A DNA stretch of 64,000 nucleotides from Trueperaceae bacterium (GTDB taxonomy: Bacteria > Deinococcota > Deinococci > Deinococcales > Trueperaceae). Of the stretch, positions 59,195 to 64,000 are shown piece after piece (position 1 is the first letter of the stretch; each line of letters opens with the position of its first letter). The position numbers were made by a program, and so were the translations under genes. Under the pieces are notes generated by a model, which saw only the letters and a list, made by a program, of their open reading frames with translations, did not search any database and was not told where the DNA came from. The stretch covers positions 544,001-608,000 of the forward strand of contig OZ243913.1 in assembly GCA_965213705.1 (NCBI GenBank), written 5' to 3'.

Positions 59195-59230
59195 GTTGCA
59201 CTTTACAACCAGTTTGTTGTATGCTACAAC
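59195..59230 (+). promoter_or_regulatory. MarR promoter with twin palindromic operators
   Basis: GTTGCA-CTT-TACAAC (59195-209) and GTTGTA-TGC-TACAAC (59216-230) overlap TTGCAC (-35) and TATGCT (-10). Confidence 0.75.
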
Positions 59231-59231
59231 T

Positions 59232-59687
59232 ATGTCACGAATAGAGGTCACTGCTTATGAACTCGAGCACACCCTGGCAGCCTTCGTCAGGGCATTCGGG
59301 TTGCACCAGGGCGACCAGACCCCCTGCGGCGTCAATATAAGCGTCTCGGAAGCGCACACCCTCGCCGAACTCGCTCGCGGGGGCGGGCTTACGCAGAGCG
59401 ACCTGGTGACGTTTTTGAGGCTCGAGAAAAGTACCGTCAGCAGACTTGTCACCGGCCTTGGCAACCGGGGTTGGCTCCTGCGCGAAACGCACCCGACCGA
59501 CGGCCGCGCCCACCTTCTGAAACTCACCGCCGAGGGTGAAAAAAAGGCGGCGCAGGTTGTCAAAGCCCGCCAAGAAAAGTTCGCGGCGCTCACCCGGTCG
59601 TTGCCCGAAACGAAACGTGCCGCCGTCTTATCAGCTCTCAGTACCTTAGTGGAGGCTTTACATGAATCCGACAAAACGCAAGCTTAG
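59232..59687 (+). CDS. MarR-family regulator with an N-terminal Cys
   Basis: TPCG..SEAHTL, LEKSTVSRLV, DGRAH..LTAEG; TATGCT-N6-ATG start. Confidence 0.85.
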   Translation: MSRIEVTAYELEHTLAAFVRAFGLHQGDQTPCGVNISVSEAHTLAELARGGGLTQSDLVTFLRLEKSTVSRLVTGLGNRGWLLRETHPTDGRAHLLKLTAEGEKKAAQVVKARQEKFAALTRSLPETKRAAVLSALSTLVEALHESDKTQA

Positions 59688-60198
59688 CCTAGTTCTGCTT
59701 TGCTCAGCAGCGCTTTTTTCGGGTGTCGGGGCGCAGACGAACCACGGCGCGGCGAGCCACACCCAGCACGGCTCCAGCCATAAAGAGAACACACAAGAGC
59801 CAGGCTTTAGCGAACGCGAGCAAGCGGTCATGCCCTTCGACGTTACCGCGACCCTGCACGTGTTCACAGACACCGCCACGGGCGGCGTACAGCAGGTGGT
59901 CGCCGACGACCCGAACGACGCTGAGAACATCGCCCTCATCCGCTCCCACCTTGTGGAAGAAGCCACTCGCTTTGCGAGTGGAGACTTTACCGACCCAGGC
60001 TACCTGCACGGTGAGACCATGCCGGGCCTCGCCGAGTTGACGGCCGCGGGAGCCGGCGGTCGGTTGAGGGTCGGTTACAGCGCTATAGACAGGGGTGGGC
60101 AAATCGTGTTCGCCTCCGCCGACCCGGACGTCGTCATCGCGCTGCACTTGTGGTTTCAGGCTCAGGTGACGGACCACGGCGAGCACGCAAGCAACTGA
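59662..60198 (+). CDS. Secreted His-rich protein of unknown function
   Basis: Signal peptide; NHGAASHTQHGSSH; MPFD..TLHVF, LHGETMPGL, DHGEHA. Confidence 0.7.
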   Translation: MNPTKRKLSLVLLCSAALFSGVGAQTNHGAASHTQHGSSHKENTQEPGFSEREQAVMPFDVTATLHVFTDTATGGVQQVVADDPNDAENIALIRSHLVEEATRFASGDFTDPGYLHGETMPGLAELTAAGAGGRLRVGYSAIDRGGQIVFASADPDVVIALHLWFQAQVTDHGEHASN

Positions 60199-60293
60199 AG
60201 TCCGGCGGCCTCAGCTTTATACCTGCTTAACATTTCACGGCTACACTCACCCTCTAGGCGGTGCGTCAGCGACGCGCTGCGGGAGGCTAGACC

Positions 60294-60854
60294 ATGCTAA
60301 AAATCGGGTTGACCGTGTTGCTGCTGGTGTCGTCTTTGGGTTCTGCTCAAACGACGCACAGCATGGACAACATGAGGATGGAAAACGACCTCGCCGACTT
60401 AGAGGGCGAGGCGTTCGAAATCGCCTTTATGTCGGGCATGATTGCCCACCACGAGGCGGCCGTCGGGATGGCGCAGTGGATTTTGGACCGAACCGAGTTG
60501 CCGGGCGTCGCCGCCGGCGCGCAGCAAGTCAAGGCCGCGCAGGAGCCCGAAATCACGCTGATGCGGGGTTGGTTGGACGATTGGTACGGCGGCAAAACCG
60601 ACGCCGCAGCGGCCGCGATGATGCAAGGTGACATGGCCGACATGATGGCGAGCCTGGACACCTACGGCGATGCCGACACCGCCTTTTTGACCGAGATGTC
60701 GCTGCACCACAGCGGTGCCATCGACATGGCGCAACTTGCGCTGCTCAAAGCGGTGCATCCCGAGTTGCGCGAGCTGGCGAAAGACATCATCCGCAACCAG
60801 GCGCAAGAAATCGCCGACTACCAGGAAATTTTGACGGAGTTGGCGGGTCGCTAG
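60294..60854 (+). CDS. DUF305 / CopM-like secreted metal-binding protein
   Basis: Signal peptide; two repeats (F..GMIAHHEAAVGMA, FLTEMSLHHSGAIDMA); Met-rich. Confidence 0.85.
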   Translation: MLKIGLTVLLLVSSLGSAQTTHSMDNMRMENDLADLEGEAFEIAFMSGMIAHHEAAVGMAQWILDRTELPGVAAGAQQVKAAQEPEITLMRGWLDDWYGGKTDAAAAAMMQGDMADMMASLDTYGDADTAFLTEMSLHHSGAIDMAQLALLKAVHPELRELAKDIIRNQAQEIADYQEILTELAGR

Positions 60855-61251
60855 GCTTTTGGCCGCCTTTGGACTTTTGGCGTTGCACGTTGGTTTTTAC
60901 ACCGCGACCGTGCAAGAGTGTTTTCGACACCTAGTGCGAAGCCCGCTCTGAGGTGACGCTGCAAAGCGGCGCGGCAGGCTTGGGGCGGCTCAGCTCGAAA
61001 AAAACCGGGGGGTGAACGGCATGTGACGGGGGCAATTCCGAGGAGCGGAAAACCACAACGAGGCACAAGTTCGGGATTGTAAAGAAGGCTATAAAGTCTA
61101 AGACCGTTTCCGGTTGATTCCTTTAGGAGTCAACCCGAGTGGAACGAGAAGAAAAGACTACGGATTGTGATAAGAAGCGGGAAAACCTTTTCCGAGTTTG
61201 TTCAGCGTATTATCGCAATCCGAATAAGACTGTAAAACCTGAGGAGGAAAA

Positions 61252-61659
61252 ATGTCAGCTATCCAAGAAATGTTGAGAACTCACCCGCAACAACCCCAAG
61301 TCAGTATGGACGTGCTCACCGAGTGTATTCAAGCCTGTTTCGAATGCGCCCAAGTCTGCACGAGTTGTGCCGACGCCTGCCTCGCTGAGGACATGGTCGC
61401 GGACCTGCGCTACTGTATCCGCACCAACTTGGACTGCGCCGACGTTTGCAACACCACAGGCCGCGTGTTGGCGCGCCAGACCGAGCCCGACTGGGGCATC
61501 GTCCGCGCTCAACTTCAGGCGTGCCACGTCGCCTGTAAAGCCTGCGGCGACGAGTGTGAGAAGCACAAAAACATGCACGAACACTGCGCGGTTTGCGTCC
61601 AGTCCTGCCGCCGCTGCGAACAAGCGTGTGAGAGCTTGCTGGCCGCGCTGCCCAACTAG
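61252..61659 (+). CDS. Four-helix-bundle copper storage protein (Csp3/DUF326 type)
   Basis: GAGGAGG RBS; dense CxxxC/CxxC (CIQACFECAQVCTSCADAC; HEHCAVC...CRRCEQAC); no signal peptide. Confidence 0.9.
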   Translation: MSAIQEMLRTHPQQPQVSMDVLTECIQACFECAQVCTSCADACLAEDMVADLRYCIRTNLDCADVCNTTGRVLARQTEPDWGIVRAQLQACHVACKACGDECEKHKNMHEHCAVCVQSCRRCEQACESLLAALPN

Positions 61660-61770
61660 CCCCGTTCAATCCGCCTCAAAGCGACAGTCGGCGCGGCGTG
61701 CCCAAGCTCACGCGCTGAGTGTCTGTAACGAATTCTCTATAGTGAACCGAGCAGCGCAAAAGGAACGAAC

Positions 61771-62226
61771 GTGAAAAACAACTACACCAGGTTTGCCGCC
61801 ATGATTTTTACCTCGACTGTCGTGATGTTTGGGCTCATGTACCTGAATACCTACGCGCTGGACCACGTCTATTTCAGTGAGACGAGGGCGTACATGGCGC
61901 TGCTGATGGGCGCGACGATGGCGATTATCATGCTGGGGTTTATGCTGGGTATGTACGAGCGACGGCGCGTCAACATCGGCATCTTCGTCGGCAGCGTTGC
62001 GGTGTTCGCCCTGTCGTTGTGGCTGGTTCGGAGTCAGGAAACGGTCGGGGACGTCGCTTGGATGAAGGCGATGATTCCCCACCACTCCATCGCCATTCTG
62101 ACGAGTGAACGCGCGCACATTTCGGACCCCCGCGTGCGTGAACTCGCCGACGAGATTATCGAGGCACAACGCCGGGAAATCGACGAGATGAAAACGCTGC
62201 TGCGAGACCTCGAGGGTAGCCGGTGA
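61771..62226 (+). CDS. Membrane-anchored DUF305 protein
   Basis: Three Met-rich TM segments, then WMKAMIPHHSIAILTS..IIEAQRREI. Confidence 0.85.
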   Translation: MKNNYTRFAAMIFTSTVVMFGLMYLNTYALDHVYFSETRAYMALLMGATMAIIMLGFMLGMYERRRVNIGIFVGSVAVFALSLWLVRSQETVGDVAWMKAMIPHHSIAILTSERAHISDPRVRELADEIIEAQRREIDEMKTLLRDLEGSR

Positions 62227-62349
62227 GCTGAGGAGGTCGGGCTCGAGGCTGACTACAAGCCCGGTTTCTCAAGTAAGCTTTGTTTAAGAAGTGTCGACGG
62301 CTGGACGGCGCGTAAGCTGCGATAAACTGAGCACAAGAAAGAGGTACTT

Positions 62350-62547
62350 ATGGCAAGCGACAAGGACAACACGGAAGCCGGTGACACCCCCGACTACCCC
62401 CGCCACACCCCCGGCCAGGCCGAGGGAACGGTCGAAGACGTCGAGGGCGGCGGCTCCACAGACAGCGAACCCAAGACGGGCGTGAACCCCAAGAAACCCA
62501 GTCAAGCCGAGGGCGCGCCGGAAGACGTGGAGGATTCAGCAGATTGA
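62350..62547 (+). CDS. Small acidic, probably disordered protein with an internal repeat
   Basis: GAGG RBS; TPGQAEGTVEDVE / KPSQAEGAPEDVE. Confidence 0.6.
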   Translation: MASDKDNTEAGDTPDYPRHTPGQAEGTVEDVEGGGSTDSEPKTGVNPKKPSQAEGAPEDVEDSAD

Positions 62548-62583
62548 GTTGCCTGCGGCCCTCACCCGCTCGAGGCCCTACCC

Positions 62584-63108
62584 GTGACACAACCCTTGCC
62601 GGACATTTTGGCACCTGCCCTAAAGGTGCTCTTCGTCGGCTTCAACCCGAGCCCGCGTTCGGCGGAACTGGGCCACAACTACGCCGGACGCGGCAACCAG
62701 TTCTGGCGGCTGTTGGCCGAGGCGGGGATGACCCCGCGGCTGTTGACACCCGAAGAGGACGCTGACTTACCGCAGTGGGGAATAGGCCTCACCAACCTCG
62801 TCGCCCGGCCGACCGTGGGTTCGGACGACTTGAGCCACGCCGAACTTCGCGCGGGCGTGCCGCGGCTGCGTGAACTGGTGGCAACGCAGCAGCCGGGAAT
62901 CGTCGCTTACACGGGCAAGGGTGTTTACCTGGCCGCAAGCGGCAAAAAAAGCGCGCCCTGGGGTTTGCAGGACGGTTCGCTCTTTGCCGGTGTGAAAGAC
63001 GTGGTCTTACCTTCCCCGAGCGGGCGGGTGCGCCTGAGTTTTGCGGACAAGTTAGGGCACTACCGCGCCTTGGCCGCTCTCCTTGACTCTCGAGCCCCAG
63101 AGTCCTAA
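62584..63108 (+). CDS. mug: Mismatch-specific uracil DNA glycosylase
   Basis: LFVGFNP, GHNYAG.GNQFW, GLTNLV.RPT, LPSPSG. Confidence 0.88.
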   Translation: MTQPLPDILAPALKVLFVGFNPSPRSAELGHNYAGRGNQFWRLLAEAGMTPRLLTPEEDADLPQWGIGLTNLVARPTVGSDDLSHAELRAGVPRLRELVATQQPGIVAYTGKGVYLAASGKKSAPWGLQDGSLFAGVKDVVLPSPSGRVRLSFADKLGHYRALAALLDSRAPES

Positions 63109-63117
63109 AATCGCCGC

Positions 63118-64000
63118 ATGACAAAGCTCGGTGTTTTTATCCTCGGTCTCGCCTTGTTGTTGAGTGCTTGCGGGGGTGAACGGCCCGTACGACCGCCCGA
63201 GCCTTTGCCCGGTCCTCAACTGATTTTGGACGACGCCTTCGGCACGCAGGGCCAAGTCAGGACGGGTCTCAAACAGTACAGTGAAAGCTACGCGGCCGTG
63301 TTGCAGCCTGACGGTAAGGTTGTCGCTGTCGGGACGACCAGTGACGGCGAAGACGCCTTTTTCGGCTTGGTTCGCTACCTCCCCGACGGGGCCCTGGACG
63401 CCTCTTTCGGTGACGGCGGCAAGGTCGTGACCGACCTGCAACCGCCCGGTACCTCCTTCCGCTCGGGTTTCCCTTACGCTGCCACGTTGCAACAAGACGG
63501 CAAGGTTGTCGTGGGAGGTGTGCTCTATAGCGGCGGCCCACGCTATGCCCGGCAGCTCGTGGTCATTCGCTACACGCCCGATGGCAAGTTAGACACGACC
63601 TTCGGCACGGGCGGTTTTTTCAGCTCTGAAACATTTGGTGAATCGGCCGCTTACGACGCGGCCGTCCAGCCGGACGGCAAAATCGTGGTCGTGGGCGAAC
63701 TTGGAGATGACACGCTGCTTTTGCGCTTGACGCCCGAGGGCGGTTTGGACCCAAGTTTCGGGACGGGCGGCTTTATCACCGCTTCGCTCTACGGGAGAGA
63801 AGCGAGTCTTGCTCTGACGAGGAATGGTCAGTACCTGGTAGGGTCGGGCAGGAGCCTCACCCGTTACAACCCGGACGGAAGCGTAGCCCCTTCTTTCAAG
63901 CGTTTGTTCGAATACGGGCCAGTAGACTTGGCTCTGCAGGCAGACGGTCGCATCATCGTCGGCGGAACCAGGAAGGTCAACTACGGCGATGGTTTGACGC
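63118..64000 (+). CDS. Delta-60-repeat beta-propeller lipoprotein (runs off the window end)
   Basis: Not in the ORF track because it has no stop in the window; MTKLGVFILGLALLLSAC lipobox; repeats LQPDGKVVAVG / RY.PDG.LD.SFG.GG; TAAAAT-N6-ATG start. Confidence 0.85.
   Translation, partial: MTKLGVFILGLALLLSACGGERPVRPPEPLPGPQLILDDAFGTQGQVRTGLKQYSESYAAVLQPDGKVVAVGTTSDGEDAFFGLVRYLPDGALDASFGDGGKVVTDLQPPGTSFRSGFPYAATLQQDGKVVVGGVLYSGGPRYARQLVVIRYTPDGKLDTTFGTGGFFSSETFGESAAYDAAVQPDGKIVVVGELGDDTLLLRLTPEGGLDPSFGTGGFITASLYGREASLALTRNGQYLVGSGRSLTRYNPDGSVAPSFKRLFEYGPVDLALQADGRIIVGGTRKVNYGDGLT

Overview
A 64 kb, GC-rich bacterial chromosomal window. Gene content and style point to Deinococcota, probably Truepera-like (inference): PEGA/DUF4384 protein, bshA, Thermus-type icd and hpaI, and many leaderless TANNNT-N6-start genes. 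Core functions: lolA-like, bshA, tsaD, rsmC-like, rlmD-like, hisF, a peptide ABC transporter, a TreS-like GH13, a cystathionine lyase/synthase, a deoxyhypusine-synthase-like gene, an hpa (4-hydroxyphenylacetate) operon, gcdH plus a CoA transferase, a Liv-type ABC transporter with acyl-CoA ligases, can-icd, and a probable copper-handling cluster (two-component system, MarR, CopM/DUF305, Csp3). The most striking pattern is eight small toxin-antitoxin modules or remnants, plus lone nuclease/TIR-like genes, inserted between or inside core operons with no integrase visible. Several are bracketed by duplicated pieces of the neighbouring host gene or by short direct repeats. Other notable signals: a Clp N-domain fused to a nucleoside deoxyribosyltransferase-like domain, strong over-representation of CTCGAG, 7-nt-period intergenic repeats forming hairpins, and one intact IS5. 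No rRNA, tRNA or CRISPR array was seen. All family calls come from motif recognition by eye, not database searches.
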